64,000 bases of DNA, from NCBI GenBank assembly GCA_951406725.2, contig OX597816.1, forward strand, positions 72,726,001 through 72,790,000, read 5' to 3'. Below, in pieces: positions 13,302-28,191 of this stretch. Under the pieces are notes generated by a model. The model was not told where the DNA came from. It worked only from the letters and a program-made list of their open reading frames with translations, and ran no database searches. Numbering within the stretch: position 1 is the stretch's first letter; each line of letters begins with the position of its first letter. The translations under genes were made by a program, and so were the position numbers. Source of the stretch: Octopus vulgaris (Eukaryota).

Positions 13302-14192
13302 ATATCCGATGGAATTATTGAGCCGTCGTACAAATCACGGAAGAGGTTTAACATAACCTTACAACATCACTGAATTGCTCTAACATAACGTTACAAAACC
13401 ACGCGTAATAAAGGGTGAGAATTACACGGCTTAGAGCCTATTTGTAGAAGCTTGATATTCTTTGACAGGTTTTGATGAACATTCTAATGGCCGAACACTG
13501 TTTCTCTTTGTGTAGTGCAAGTCTTTATGAAACACTGCGAGCGACTCACCGACAAAATGAGAGCTCGAACTGTGCACCAGTGGTTATGAGCTACACATAT
13601 AGTTTCGTTGAACAGTAAAATTACAGCGTGACCAATTCGCTAACTTTCTCCTAATATCTCATACGTTTGGTGTCCCGTAAAGAAGCATGGTCCAGCTTCG
13701 ATTTCAATTCTTTCAAAGCAAGCAAACAAGTAACTTTTAAAGGGAAGTTTATGGCCTGAAAATCCACCTTCCACACTCACACATACACGAACATAGACTC
13801 CCACACACATACAGACGCACACACACACAGACACACGCGGGCACACATGCATACACATATGGATATGTACATATATATATACACTCACATTCATAGATGC
13901 ATACAAGCAAGCAAGCATGCGTACATACATACATACATACATACATACATACATACATACATACATACATACATACATACATACATACATACATACATAC
14001 ATACATACATACATACATACATACATACATACATACATACATACATGCATATATACATACATGCACAACATTCTGTACTCATATTTGTATATTGAGAAAG
14101 TGAGAACTACAAATGCCGGTTCAGACTAAAAGAATCCTTAAAAATTCATATATACATACACAGTTATATACTTACATGTGTGTCTGTATATG

Positions 14193-14223
<31 letters not shown>

Positions 14224-14224
14224 C

Positions 14225-14288
<64 letters not shown>

Positions 14289-14431
14289 TACATACGTGTA
14301 TACGTACATATACCATTTATATATATACATCTATACATATATATAACATACATACACACATACATACATACATACATACATACATACATACATACATACA
14401 TACATACATACATACATACATACATACATAC

Positions 14432-14653
14432 GAATCTTTAGAAATTAGGTTTCTCAAGACCAGAAAAGAGAAAGCTAAGTTCAAAGACTACAGATCCAGT
14501 CGATCACTGGAACCGGAATCATCTGTAAAAATTTCCAAAAGTTTATCATTTAAGTATATATGAGCATGTCTAGATATGTAAGTATATGCATGAGAATACA
14601 TACGTTAAAACAAAACATACAAATCTGAACGTATACATACATACATACATACA

Positions 14654-14687
<34 letters not shown>

Positions 14688-14946
14688 CATACACACATAC
14701 ATGCATACATACATGCATACATGCATACATACACACATACATGCATACATACATGCATACATAGATACATACATGCATACATATATGCATACATACATAC
14801 ATACATACATACATACATACATACATACATACATACCCAGTTGTTACCCAGTTGTTGATATTGAAATTCCAATGAAGGAGCCTTGGATCAAGGTTAGAAA
14901 CCGGCTCTTTATTGGCAAGAAATCTTGAAATAAAACTGAATAATGG
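14432..14946 (+). mobile_element. R4-like RLE retrotransposon 3' end in (TACA)n, copy 1
   Basis: NL*KLGFSRPEKRKL / RLQIQSITGTGIICKNFQKFII*, then a 3' UTR with internal TACA tract and a terminal stem-loop ending GGCAAGAAAT; homologous to 18827-19335. Confidence 0.7.
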
Positions 14947-15579
14947 CATATACATACATACATACATTCATACATACATACAATCATACATACATACATA
15001 CATACATACATATACACATACTTACATACATACATACATACAAATAAACATACATACAATCATACATACTTACATATATACATACATGCATACATACATA
15101 CATTCATACATACATACATACATACATACATACATACATACATACATACATACATACATACATACATACAAATAAACATATACACAATGCAATGCAATGT
15201 AGTGATGTTAACAGAAAACAAACTTGTATGTCGAGGGACATTTGAAAACCCAACAACGAACAAAAGAACGGCGGTAAAAGTAAAATCAGACACGAAGAAC
15301 AACCAAAAATGTGCTGTATAAAAATATATTAATTAAAATCAAAACAAGAGATAAACATTTGTGAAATTTCACGTGAATTAACGATAAAGGCAACATCGTT
15401 TGGTCTCTGGTCGGGAGTTAGTTGTTTGATTGTTGTCTTGTTTGAATTAGATCTCGGGAGACTGGAACACATAACTTTTCTTTTTAGCTCCGTGAATATG
15501 TGTGCGTATATGTGTATGTGTGTGTTTGCGTTTGTGCTTGTGTTTGTGTCTATGTGTGTGGGTTTGTGATGTGTGTGTT

Positions 15580-15632
<53 letters not shown>

Positions 15633-15680
15633 TGTATGTAGGTGTGTGTTGTGTGTGTATTCATGTATGTATGTATATAT

Positions 15681-15742
<62 letters not shown>

Positions 15743-16383
15743 ATATATACATACACAAATATAAAGACACTTATATGTGTGTGTATATATGTATTTATGC
15801 AAATGTGTATAAATTGTATATATTGAGATATATATATATATATCAAAACGCACATATACATACATGCAAATTCACATATATACACACACATATATATATA
15901 TATACATACACACACACATACACGCAGACACACACACGTACACACATTTACAAACAGGCAATCGCACATAAACAAAACAACACACGTTATGTATAAAGTG
16001 ACGTTCAGTTTTACATTGAAAGTAGACGAAACTGATTCAAAAGTGTTTTTTTTTAAGTCCCTAGAAAGGCTTCTCAACAAATTGAAATCATCAAAAACCG
16101 AATAAGACGGCAACGGAATTGTCAAGGGACTTTTTGTTTACTTTTTCAGTTTCTTCTGTAAACAAACTGTCCATTCCAATACAACTTGACTTCGCGATGT
16201 GTTCTATAGTTTTTCATATACACTCTCATACTTTTTTTTAGCCTGTTTCTTGCGTTACAGATCTATGTCAGCCGTCTTAAATCTACCTACGTAGATATTT
16301 ATTTGTATATGTGTATGCGTGCATCAATGTATGTTTGTGCTTTTGTTGTGTGTGTGTGTATGTATGTATGTATATTTACATAA

Positions 16384-16464
<81 letters not shown>

Positions 16465-16477
16465 TTTATATATATGT

Positions 16478-16654
16478 AGGTTGTGTGGTAAGAAGCTTGC
16501 TTCTCAACCACATAGTTCCGGGTTCAGCTCCACTGCACGGTACCTTGGGCACGTGTCTTCTATGACTTCGGGACGACCAAAGCCTTGTGAGTGGATTTGG
16601 TAGATAGAAACTGAAAGAAGGCCGTCGCGTGTGTGTGTGTGTGTGTGTGTGTGT

Positions 16655-16722
<68 letters not shown>

Positions 16723-16978
16723 GTAGATATAGATATATGTATTTGTGTGCCTGTGTTTGTTCCCTCGCCATCGCTTGACAACCGACGTTGGTGTATTTAT
16801 TTCCCCACCATCGTTTGACAACCGATTTTGGTGTGTTTATGTCCCCGTAATATAGCGGTTCGGCAAGAGAGACCGGTAGAATAAGTACTAGGCTTACAAA
16901 GAAGGTTGATTTCTGAGGTTGATTTTTTCAACTAAAGGTGGTGCTCCAGCATGGCCACAGTCAAATGAATAAAAGAAT
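16478..16978 (+). mobile_element. SINE family B, near full length
   Basis: tRNA-like head, CORE-like ACCTTGGGCA segment, internal (TG)n/(TA)n, 3' GGTGCTCCAGCATGGCC tail. Confidence 0.9.
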
Positions 16979-17343
16979 GTATGCGACGGGCTTCTTTCAG
17001 TCTCCCTCTATCAAATCCATTCTGGTAGGATCGAGGCTATAGTAGGAGACACTTGCCTAAGGTGCCACGCAAAGAGATTGAACCCGACACCATATGGTTG
17101 GGAAGCAAACTTCTTGCCACACAGCCGATGTCGACTTTGCCTTTCATCCTTTCAGGGTCGATTAAATAAGTACCAGTTAACTACTTGGGTCGACGTTAAT
17201 CGACTTAATCCCTTTGTCTGTCCTTGTTTGTCCCCTCTGTGTTTAACCCCCTGTGGGCAACAAGGAGATTAATATACACATTTAATAATTACACACATTT
17301 ATATACAAACATACTCGCAAAGGTATATTAGCAGTATACCATC

Positions 17344-17481
<138 letters not shown>

Positions 17482-17589
17482 TAATCCAAACAAGAAAACA
17501 CAGAAAAAAACACAGAAAAAAAACACAGCAACGCGAGTGCGTGAAACAATTAAAGTATTATTTGACGCTCAGGAAAGAAGGGAAGGAGG

Positions 17590-17624
17590 GTTTAACGTTT
17601 CGAGCGGAGCTCTTCGTCGGAAAC
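17590..17624 (-). ncRNA. Minimal hammerhead (35 nt, CCGACGA core)
   Basis: GUUU-CCGACGA-A-GAGC(UCC)GCUC-GAAA-CG-UU-AAAC. Confidence 0.7.
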
Positions 17625-17729
17625 AAGCAGAAGGAAAGATCCCGAGAAGGGAAGACAGAGGAAAAAAAATATTTTTGCTGGTGGTGCTCAAGAGATCACA
17701 TGTTGAAAGACATATATATATATATATAT

Positions 17730-18079
17730 TTCTTTACTGCCCACAGGGGGCTAAACATAGAGGGGACAAGCAAGGACAGACAAATGGATTAAGTCGATTA
17801 CATCGACCCCAGTGCAAAACTGGTACTTAATCTATCGACTCCGAAATGATGAAAGGCAAAGTCGACCTCGGCGGAATTTGAACACAGAACGTAACGACAG
17901 ACGAAATACCGCTAAGCATTTCACCTGGCGCGCTAACGTTTCTGCCAGCTCGCCGCCTTATTCAAACGATAAAAAGCAAAGTCTACCTCGGCGGAATTTG
18001 AACTCAGAACGTAACGGCAGACGAAATACGCCTACGCATTTCGTCCGACATGCTAACGCTTCTGCCAGCTCGCCGTCTT
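17730..18079 (-). mobile_element. SINE family A copy plus duplicated 5' head
   Basis: Reverse complement of the GGCGGCGAGCTGGCAGAA head occurs twice. Confidence 0.9.
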
Positions 18080-18826
18080 ATCAAATTATAGATATATACA
18101 TCGTAGCGATTACAATTGATTTGCAATTGTGTTACAAAAAACATAAAGTCTCTGCAGGTCTGCAGGATAATTACAAATCAATTGAAAACACTTGCAAAAT
18201 GAGTTTAGAATTAGTGTCAAACAATAGAGCGCAATGAATGACACTCTCTGATGCATATTTAATCTATAGCTGTCTTATGAACTGAAAAGAACAGCACTTG
18301 GAACTAATATCTTTTTAAAATGTTCGATCGAAATATGTTAAACTATGGTTTTTTTGTTTTGTTTCGTTGTATTTTGTTTTGTTTTTAAGCAGACATGTCT
18401 GAGCTGGTAGCAGGTTTGCATGTACCAAGCTTCGTATATTATCTTAGGATGGTTTCGATCAGTAGATTATCTGAATGCTGCTATTGTTCTCTAAATACCT
18501 ACCTCTACTGCCAACTTACATCACTAAAAATCCATCACCACTACCTCCACCTCCACCACCACCACCATCACCACTACCATCATCACCACCACCAACAACA
18601 ACTTAGTTATTATTTTAAGAAAATTTATATCTACGAAGAGGTTCCATACTCCTCAAAACCTTGGAACTCGCGTACCCGGGCCGCACAGTAGGGTGTGATT
18701 TTAAACCATATTTAAGACACACATACATACGTAAATGCATACATATATACATACACACATACGCACATACATACATACATACATACATACATACATACAT
18801 ACATACATACATACATACATACATAC

Positions 18827-19335
18827 GTATAAATATAAAGCTGAAGATCAGTGAGAAATAGAACACCAATGCTGAACTATTGAGAAATCTGCAGTTACTC
18901 TATCCAGATTATTGGAGTCCTAAGATATGTGACACACTGCCTAAATGCAAATCTTGAGAAATTAGACTTCTCAAAACCAGAAAGGAGAAAGCTGATTCGA
19001 AGTTTACACATCCAATCCATCTGTAAAACTTTCCAGAAGTTTATCATTTAAATATATATGAGCATGTCTAGATATGCAACTATATGCATGAGAATACATA
19101 CATAAAACATACAAATCTGCACCTACATACATACATACATACATACATACATACATACATACATACATACATACATACATACATACATACATACATACAT
19201 ACATACATACATACATACATAAATACATACATACAAACAAACAAACATAAATACCCGATGAAGGAGACTTGGATCTAGGTTAGAAATCGGTTCTTTCTCT
19301 ATTGGCAAGAAATCTTGAAATAAACTGAATAATGA
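18827..19335 (+). mobile_element. R4-like RLE retrotransposon 3' end in (TACA)n, copy 2
   Basis: INIKLKISEK*NTNAELLRNLQLLYPDY / IIGVLRYVTHCLNANLEKLDFSKPERRKLIRSLHIQSICKTFQKFII*. Confidence 0.7.
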
Positions 19336-20274
19336 CTTACAGAAATTTGCTTGCATATTTCTTAGTCTATATCTATAAGCGACAGCGTGCCAGGTTCAAT
19401 AGGAGTGTCGGACAGAATTTTTCACAGTTTTTCATCTGACTCTCAGGGTTTCTTGAGTTCAAAACCAACTTTACTTTTCATCACCTGCAATCGATAAAAG
19501 AAATACAAGTTCAATGCAGGGAATTGGTAGAAGTGTAAGAACCGGATACCATTCCTTACTTGTTCCGGCTCTTAATGTTCTGAGTTCAAATTCTGGTAGG
19601 ACATACTTGGTTGGGAGATACGTTTGCTGTTTATTTTGTACACACAGTAAATTACATGTAAATATGTATGTAATATCTTATGTAAGCTACATATATGTGT
19701 ATATGTCCGTGAGTGTATATATATATGTGTGTGCGTGTGCAAATTCTAAAAGAATGAAAAGTATAATTTCCCTGGAGTTATTTTGTTCTATGAGACTTTG
19801 CTAAGATCATAAATTGTATTCAAATATCATGGCTCAACTATCACAAATGTAACATAGAATACAGTTCTATATTTGAGAGATAAAGGATTATGTACATTAT
19901 CTACACTATTTACATAGAATGTTGTATCTTTTAACGTCTAGTTCTGGGGTCGCCGAACTTTTTCAACTATCGAACCCCTTTTCCACTCTCCTTCCTCATC
20001 GACCCGCTTTAGCCATCTTCCATATCGACCACTCTCCTCATTTAAGATATCTTAATACACTACCCACCCGTACCATATCTTAAATGCGCACCGGGAACTG
20101 ATGCTGGCAATTAAAATGTCAGCTAAAATATACATGTACGACAAATTGAGAAATTCTATTGAAGATCAAACACTATTTAGATTTAAAACTTCGTGTACGA
20201 GTATACAGCATTAAACTTTAAATTCCTATGAAATTGTTTTTACGGTTAGAAAATGTGAAAAACGCATCATTTAT

Positions 20275-20437
20275 TCTTTTCTACTTTAGGCACAAGGCCC
20301 GAAATTTTGGGAGAGGGGGCCAGTCAATTAGATTGGCCCCAGTACTCAACTGGTACTTAATTTATCGATCCTGAAAGGAGGAAAGGCAAAGTCGACCTCA
20401 GCGAAATTTGAACTCAGAGCGTAGAGACAGACGAAAT
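20275..20437 (-). mobile_element. SINE family A fragment nested in the hAT element
   Basis: CTGGTACTTAATTTATCGA...GAAAGGCAAAGTCGACCTC...TTTGAACTCAGA. Confidence 0.85.
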
Positions 20438-20500
20438 ATGGAATATCTTATTGAAATTGACAGCATCAATGTGAGGGATGAGCATGGCGCTGACTAAGTA

Positions 20501-21790
20501 TCAGGTCATCCCATAAGTTCTGTCCGATTTTATCATTTTTAAAAATTGTATGAAATTTAATAGTATTTTAGAATGTCTAATGGAAGTAAAACATATTTTT
20601 ATGCATTTGTGTATATTTAAACTAATTAAATATTATTTTACAGAATAATAGAATTAAAATCTCTTTGATTAAAACCCTTTCTAATATAGAAGTATCCAAA
20701 GAGCATTTGAGGCACATAATGCTTTATAAGTACAAAAAAGGAAACTCTGCAGCCGAAACGATTCGAAACATATACTCAGCTTATGGGAAAGAATGCTTGA
20801 ATGAAAGAACTTGCAGAAGATGGTTTGCAAAATTCAAAAGTGGAAATTTCAGCCTTGGAGATGAAGGTCGAACAGGACGTCCAGTTGAGTTTGCTGATAA
20901 GCTCCTTGAGGCATTACTTGAAGAAAATCCTGCATTATCAGTTGAAGAATTGGCAATAAAGCTTAGTTCAAACCATACAACTGTTCGTCGTCATCTCAAC
21001 ATCTTGGAAAGGTTCCTAAACTTGGAAAATGGGTGCTTCATGAAGTGTCCGAAAGCAACCGCAATCCCGAGTTGACATCTGCTCTTATCTCCATTCTCGC
21101 GAACTCGTTTCACCCTTTTTGGATAGACTTGTGACTGGTGACGAGAAATGGATCTTCTATCGAAATGTTAAACGTCGTACACAGTGGCTTGCTAAAAGGG
21201 AAAAAGCTCAACCACAACCGAGAAGGAAACTTCATGGGAAAAAGGTTCTTTCTCTATCTGGTGGGATTGCAAAGGAGTAATTCACTTTGAATTGTTACCA
21301 CCTAATGCAACAATCAATGCTCAAGTCTACTGTCAGCAATTAGAGCGTTTGAACCAAGCTTTGAAGAAAAAAAGACCTGCTTTAGTGAATCGAAAAGGAG
21401 TGATGTTTCATCAAGTGTATGCGCGACCCCACACTGCAAAGGTCACATCACAGAAGATCGAAGAGCTTGGTTGGGAAAAAATTCCTCATCCACCTTATTC
21501 TCCCGACCTTGCTCCTTCAGACTAGTATTTGTTTCGCAGTTTACAGAATCATTTGGGGGACATAACTTTCGCTAGCCAGGAGGAGGTCAAAACTGATATT
21601 TTAGAGTTCTTCGCTTTGAAACCAAAAGAGTGTTACATTGATGGGATTAAAAAGCCTGTAAATAGATGGAAGGAACTCATAGATAATCAGGGAAAGTACA
21701 TACATTAATGATTAAATTTCAATTAAATATAACATTTAATCACTTGTTTTCTTTATTCAAAATTCTGTCAGAACTTATGGGATGACCTGT
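20501..21790 (+). mobile_element. Full-length (1290 bp) mariner transposon, inactive
   Basis: About 30-bp TIRs (CAGGTCATCCCATAAGTTCTG), TA TSD at 20499-20500 and 21791-21792; transposase with HTH, LVTGDEKW, FHQVYARPH (second D lost), HPPYSPDLAPSD then a stop; frameshifts. Confidence 0.97.
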
Positions 21791-22399
21791 TATTTCAAGT
21801 AGTTCATCTGGGTGAGCTGGTCTTTCGCACGCTGATCCCTGTAATTCCTCGCCGATCTCTAGGTGGTCTCTCGGGCCCCTTTGGCGACCCCTAGTCTAGT
21901 TTAATTTTTATAATATAATTTAAATTACACTTAGAATGACAAAAAAATAAATGCTTTGCAAATGTCTGCTTCCAGTCGTCTGAAAGAGAATGCCATCGAT
22001 AAATATAGCAGCAGTTCACTCTTAATTCAGTCGCTACTTTTCTCCTGGTGGAACTTCAGTCCAAATTTAGTGATAAAAATGGGTTTATATGTCGAAATAG
22101 ATAAGTGACGGGAGCTACGGACATAATTCAGTGATCAGTACTTACGGCATGTGAAGAGAAAGACTTGTGTAACAAATAAACTATATTAATAACGAGATTC
22201 ACTTTGTAAGTGTGAGATGGAAACTGACGTGGGACTATGCTGAAGTCGTCGAAATAAATTCCGTATGACTTTAGGTTCTTCCATTATACACTACTTGATG
22301 ACGTTCTAAAACCTGTTAAGTGAATGTAAAATATATCTTTTTAAAGACAGCAATGAGCCCTGACGGCGATTGTCCTTTCACAGCCTGCTTCCAGTTTCA

Positions 22400-22545
22400 A
22401 GATTATTTGTTATTTGGTTGCATATTTTCGTGTTTGATCGGCGGTACAGTAGAGAAAGTAACAACCATTGCCGCTGTACCTGGACTTTCCGAAACCAAGT
22501 CCCTAGCACCAAATACAATTCCCACCTTTCCTCTTATGGATAGGT
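22400..22545 (-). pseudogene. Possible decayed RTE-type reverse transcriptase fragment
   Basis: LSIRGKV...ARDLVSES.GTAAMV...HENMQP loosely matches LSIxGKV...LLPESQ...T.DMV...EQ.QP. Confidence 0.3.
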
Positions 22546-23173
22546 GACGACCGAAAGAGAATACAGTAGGTTCACAGCATCTGTGGAGTTGCGGGGGATG
22601 GCAGATATTGGTTAAATATAACCGTATATATCAGTCTTAGAGTCTCTATCTCTGGATTTCCTGTACGGATTTACTCCCCTAACCCCCTTTTTAAACGTTC
22701 TATAAATTACCTCCATAAGGCGGCGAGTGGGGATGGTTTATCTGTTATCGATAATTTTATTTAGCATTTTCATTCAAGATGAGGCCAAGTATTTTAAGGT
22801 GACACCCCGATAGGTAATTTTATCGAGAAACCTTTTCAACGAGGGTTGCCAACCACGGCTAAAGGAAGCTCTTCTCTCCCACGTTACAAACTTAACGCAG
22901 CTACCTTGAAGTGTGTCTTTTTTCTACCGGTATTTTTCTTGAAACACTAAGACAGTTTGTCTGACAAAGCCGAAGTGACCCCACAAAGACGGTTTGCTGT
23001 TAAATCGATCCCGGGTTCTCAAGATTGCAAAGTGACCTTTTTTAACTAAACGACTAAAACAGCGTTCATACTACTAATAAAAATGCTAATCACAAAAGCA
23101 CAGTTATTTTTAATCATCATCGTCGTCGTAGTCGTCGTCGTTATTATCATCGTAATCATCATCATCATCATCG

Positions 23174-23204
<31 letters not shown>

Positions 23205-23403
23205 ATTATTATCTATTGAAGTGTTAGTCGTGCATTACGAGGGAGCTTTCTCCTCGCAAGACTCTAACGCCGGATCTGAAACAAAAAAACAACAACAAAA
23301 AAAAACAAAGAAAAAACTAAACAAAATAAGCATCAACATGTTTTTAAGTTGACATCATAAAAAATAAAAACATGCTAATAACACCACCACCACCACCACC
23401 ACC

Positions 23404-23478
<75 letters not shown>

Positions 23479-24770
23479 AATGGTGATGGTGATCATGATG
23501 ATCATGATCATGACGACGACGGCAGTGAAGATGACAACGGCAGCGACGACGGCAACGACGATGATGATGATTATGATGATGATAGTCTAGCTGCTCGACT
23601 GGTCGGTTGCCTTGCTGGCTGGCTGGCTTCTTCAAGATGGTCTCAGTCACGGACATTACATTTAAGACGTCTCGCTTTTATTTTGCATTTTGTACTGACT
23701 TGGTCTTGGTGTTGTTGTTGTTGTTGTTGTTATTGCTTTTCTTATTGTTTGCTAGTAACTTTGTTGTTTTTTTTCTCTATTGTTTGTTTCTTTCTTTTTA
23801 CTTTATTTTATTTATGTTTCTTGCTTCTATTGTTGCGTGTTTTTGTTGATGGCGCTTGACTTTTTTTTGTTTTTGTTTTTCGCTTGTTTGTGTTGATGCT
23901 TTGTGAAGACGTTGAGGAAGAAGCGAGAAGGAAGTAGAAAGAAGAAGAAGAAAAAGAAGAAGAAAAAGAAGAAAAAGAAGAAGAGACGAGGAGGAAGAAG
24001 TGAGAAAGAAGAAGAAGGAAGAAGAAAAGAAGAAGAAGAAAAAAAGAAGAAAGAAGAAGAACTCCACCTTCACCGCAACAACAACAACAAGAACAGGAAC
24101 AGTAATAACAACAACAGTAACAAATACAATAAGGAAAGCAGAAAAAAGGAGCATGTTAAACAACGAAGAGGAGGAGGAAAAGAAGGACGGAGAGGACGAG
24201 GAGGAAGGGAGACGAAGGAGAAGTAATAACACCAAGACCAAATGGTTATGATGGAGGCAGGAGGCTAATTTTCTATAGCTGAAGCTGTAGTTGTCAGACC
24301 GTAAAAAACACAATTAAGTGAAAAAGACTGTCAACGAGTAAAACGAACGAACACCTTACACTTAGGGCATCACTTTTAATTTTAGCGACTTGCGTGTGTC
24401 TTTTGCACAAACCCCTTTCACCGAACCCTCCCTCACTCATTTTCTCCTCTCTTTCTCTCTCTCTCCCCCCTCTTTCTCTATCTATCTAGCTGACGCAATG
24501 TCTTTATACCTTAATGTTTATCTCTTTTTTTTCTCACTTAGTCTTATTCTTTTCTTTCTTGCCAACATTCACTTTAACATGCAAACTTGATCTCTATCCT
24601 GTCTTCTTTCTTTCGTCTCTCTCCCTCCTCTCTCTCTCTCTCTCTCTTTCTATCTGTCTGTCTGTGTGTCAGTCTGTATGTCTTTGTGTCATTTTGTCTG
24701 TCTCTCTATCCATTTATCCATCCCTCTGACTACCTTCCTACATATCTGTCTGTCTGTTTGTCTCACTGTA

Positions 24771-24852
<82 letters not shown>

Positions 24853-25549
24853 CCTATCTATCTATCTATATTTTACACGCAAACTTACATATGCACAAAT
24901 ACAAACACAAATTCTCTCGTTCATTAACATCTGTATGTATGTATGTATGTATGTATGTATGTATGTATGTATGTATGTATGTATGTATGTATGTATGTAT
25001 GTATGTATGTATGCACGCGTCTATGTGTGTTTGTACATATATACATATATACATTATCTGAAATTAGATAACTACATAAGAGTAAGACAAACAGAACGAT
25101 AAGCAGAATGATGGTGATGAGTCAAACTACGAACCAATATGGAGGTATTAAGAAATTTGCTTCTGGTAAAACATCTATACTCATTTAGAGGATCATAATC
25201 TACTCCCTAAGGAATTTTTTTAGGGTACTGAATAAATTCAAGCGGGACAGGACAATTATTAAAAATTACAAAAGAAAATGAACTGCTTTAGAGCAGGTTG
25301 GGTCAATTACAAAAGGGTATATGATATGGTTCCACTTTCTTGGATTTTTTTGTATTTATGCTAAAAATATTCAAAATTAGAAATAATCTTTTCTACTCTA
25401 GGCACAAGGCCCGAAATGTCTGGGGAGGAGGCCAGTCAGTGAGATATACCCCACTACGCAACTTGCCGAAGGTGCCGCGCAGTGTAGCTGAACCCGGAAC
25501 CATGTGGTTGGGAAGCAAGTTTCTTACCGCACAACACGTGCATACACAC

Positions 25550-25597
<48 letters not shown>

Positions 25598-25669
25598 ACA
25601 CACATATATATGTATGTAAAGAAAATATGTACTTACATACAAGACTAAAAAGGGTACGGGCGCCGCTAT

Positions 25670-25947
25670 ATATATATGTATATGTAAAAAAATACAAACA
25701 CGGACAAGAACGCAAAACATTTAGAAGACGATACAAAAAACACGGACAGGACATTCGAAGCCTTCAATCTTCAGTCAAGAACCGGATCATCCTCACAATT
25801 TCATTAATCAGCCGAAATTGCGAGGATGATCCGGTTCTTGACTGAAAATTGAAGGCTTTCTAATGTCCCGTCCGTGTTTTTTGTATCGTCTTCTAAATGT
25901 TTTGCGTTCTTGTCCCTGTTTGTATTTTTTTACATATACATATATAT
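25670..25947. repeat. About 133-bp inverted repeat with 11-bp spacer (PLE-type terminal inversion)
   Basis: Arms about 25670-25802 and 25814-25947 with few mismatches; same family as 12950-13031. Confidence 0.93.
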
Positions 25948-25950
25948 GTA

Positions 25951-26180
25951 AGGCGGTGAGCTGGCAGAAACGTTAGCACGCCGGGCGAAATGCGTAGCCG
26001 TATTTCGTCTGCCGTTATGTTCTGAATTCAAATTCCGCTGAGGTCGACTTTGCCTTCCATCCTTTCGGGGTCGATAAATTGAGTACCAGTTATACACTGG
26101 GGTCGATGTAATCGACTTAATCCCTTTGTCTGTCCTTGTTTGTTCACTCTATGTTTAGCCCCTTGTGGGTAGTAAAGAAA
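25951..26180 (+). mobile_element. SINE family A monomer
   Basis: tRNA-like head with B-box-like GAATTCAAATTCC, Meta-domain-like GCCTTCCATCCTTTCGGGGTCGATAAA, tail GTAAAGAAATA. Confidence 0.92.
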
Positions 26181-26899
26181 TATATATATGTATATATACA
26201 TACATATATATATGTAAGCGTGTGCATGTGCGTGTGTGTATAACTGTCTGTATGTGTATGCGTGTGTGTGTGTGTGTACCGCTTTACCTGTGCGGCCACT
26301 AATCATTAGTACAATAATCAAACGGCTTGAACCATTAGAAAGTGTACAAGGAAGTCTACTAAATTCTTGGTGAAGTATTTAAATGAATCAAAGACAATTA
26401 AAAATGGGGTCCATTTTACTTTTGAGATGCAAGTGTGCATGTATGCATATATATATATTTGCGTGTACTTGTGTATATTTTACATACGTTGAACAAACCA
26501 CATTCCGCAGTCAAGTGCACATTGTATTATTTCACAAGAAAGCTTAACAAGCGAGCATCAAGTCGATATGTAGTTAAGTGTACATTGATGTTGAAAGTGT
26601 TAACCACATGCTCAGCTGCCAATCGGCAAACAACGGTGTTCGAAACACAACAATAACATCGATGAAAGCCTTTGCAGAGCAGAAGCGTTAAGAGGAACAA
26701 AGTATTAGACAAATATATATTTATATATATTTACATACATACATATAGAATAAATACACACACATATACATATATACATACATACATACATACATATATA
26801 TATACACACAGACATATATATATATATATATATATATATGCATATACAGACACATACGTATATCACTAGCGACTAAACCTTTTTCATTTTTTCTCTGCT

Positions 26900-27198
26900 T
26901 TATTTCTGTGTTCCTTTCTATTGAAGAGCGCAGGCTCCAAACGTAAAAGACTCTCTCACTTCCCCACCGTTAAACTAATACATCTGTTTGTTGTTTACAC
27001 ACAAGTCTTCGTCTTTTTTTTTTTTTTGTAAATTCCAACTTTATATATATATATATAGTTGAAATTTACAGAAAAACAAAAGACGAAGACAAATGTACAA
27101 ACAACAAGCAGGTGTAATAGTTTGACGCACGGGAAAGTGTGAAACTGTTTTACGTTTTGAGCCTATGTACTTCGACAGAAAGGAACAAGAGAAAATAA
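26900..27198. repeat. Tail-to-tail diverged inverted pair of the CUGUNGA family around (TA)n
   Basis: 26900-27040 versus 27057-27198. Confidence 0.8.
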
Positions 27199-27699
27199 AG
27201 AGTGAGAAAGAAAAAAAAACTTGTGGATTTAGCAATCAAGCATGGCGACTATATACATATGATGGGCTTCTTTCGGCTTCCGTGTACCAAATCCACTCAC
27301 AAGGCTTTGATCGGCCCGAGGTTATAATAAAAGACATTTGCTCAGTTGCTACACAATAGGACTGAACCTAGAGCCATCTGGTTGCGAAGCAAGCTTCTTA
27401 CCACACACCCACGCTTAACCTATATATGTGTGTTTGTGCTTGTGCGTATGTACATGTGTGTACACTTATATATATTTATATGCATGTGTAGTGTATGTAT
27501 GCATATATATCGGTTTCTGCCAAATCTACTTTGGTTTCTTTGGTCGGCCCAGGGGTATATTAGAAGCCGGTTGTTGAAGGTTCCACGCGTTGGCACTAAA
27601 CCCGAAAACATTCGGATGGCAAGCAAGCTGCTGACTGCTCTAACCATTTCAAGCAAAATCAGCTAAAGATTTACGACTATTTAAAAATTCTAATTGTAA

Positions 27700-27852
27700 G
27701 TTTATATATTTGGTCAAGACAAACAATCTATACGAAACGGATAAAGCTATCCATGACAATTTATTAACTAAAACCATTTTGGATAAATATAAGAAATCTT
27801 ATATAAATATTCACAACTCTATTAACATGGAGGCTAAAACCTTCGCAAATAG
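27700..27852 (+). pseudogene. Penelope-like element ORF fragment (pre-RT region)
   Basis: VKTNNLYETDKAIHDNLLTKTILDKYKKSYINIHNSINMEAKTFANR matches the PLE pattern DKT.NLY...Y..LL...I...YKK......IN.EAK..A. Confidence 0.7.
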
Positions 27853-28036
27853 AGTTCTATATTTAAGAGATGAGGAATTATGTACATTATTTACATTTGA
27901 CGATATTTGTCCTCATCATGTTTGTTGTTAACACAACGTTTTGGCTGATGTACCCTCCAGCTTCATCGGGTGTCTTGGGGAAATTTCGAACCTGGGTTCT
28001 TATTCATTCCTAAGGTATTTTTCGATGCTGTTGTTG

Positions 28037-28040
<4 letters not shown>
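27853..28040 (-). mobile_element. Inverted PLE pseudo-LTR (same family as 5514-5732) with decayed hammerhead
   Basis: Homologous to 5505-5632; the ribozyme reads CCGAUGA...CAGCC-AAAA-CGUU. Confidence 0.8.
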
Positions 28041-28103
<63 letters not shown>

Positions 28104-28105
28104 CA

Positions 28106-28183
<78 letters not shown>

Positions 28184-28191
28184 TTATTATG

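Larger units (their letters stand above)
19944..21893. mobile_element. Non-autonomous hAT (Charlie-like) element hosting nested insertions
   Basis: TIRs CTGGGGTCGCCGA / TTGGCGACCCCTA; perfect 8-bp TSD GTCTAGTT at 19936-19943 and 21894-21901. Confidence 0.85.

Noticed and set aside
14869-14915. CCAATGA...GAAACCGG (and CCGATGA...GAAATCGG near 19255) as a hammerhead
   Set aside because: No stem I pairing around the core; better explained as the 3'-terminal stem-loop (CCAATGAAGGAGCC/GGCTCTTTATTGG) of the R4-like element
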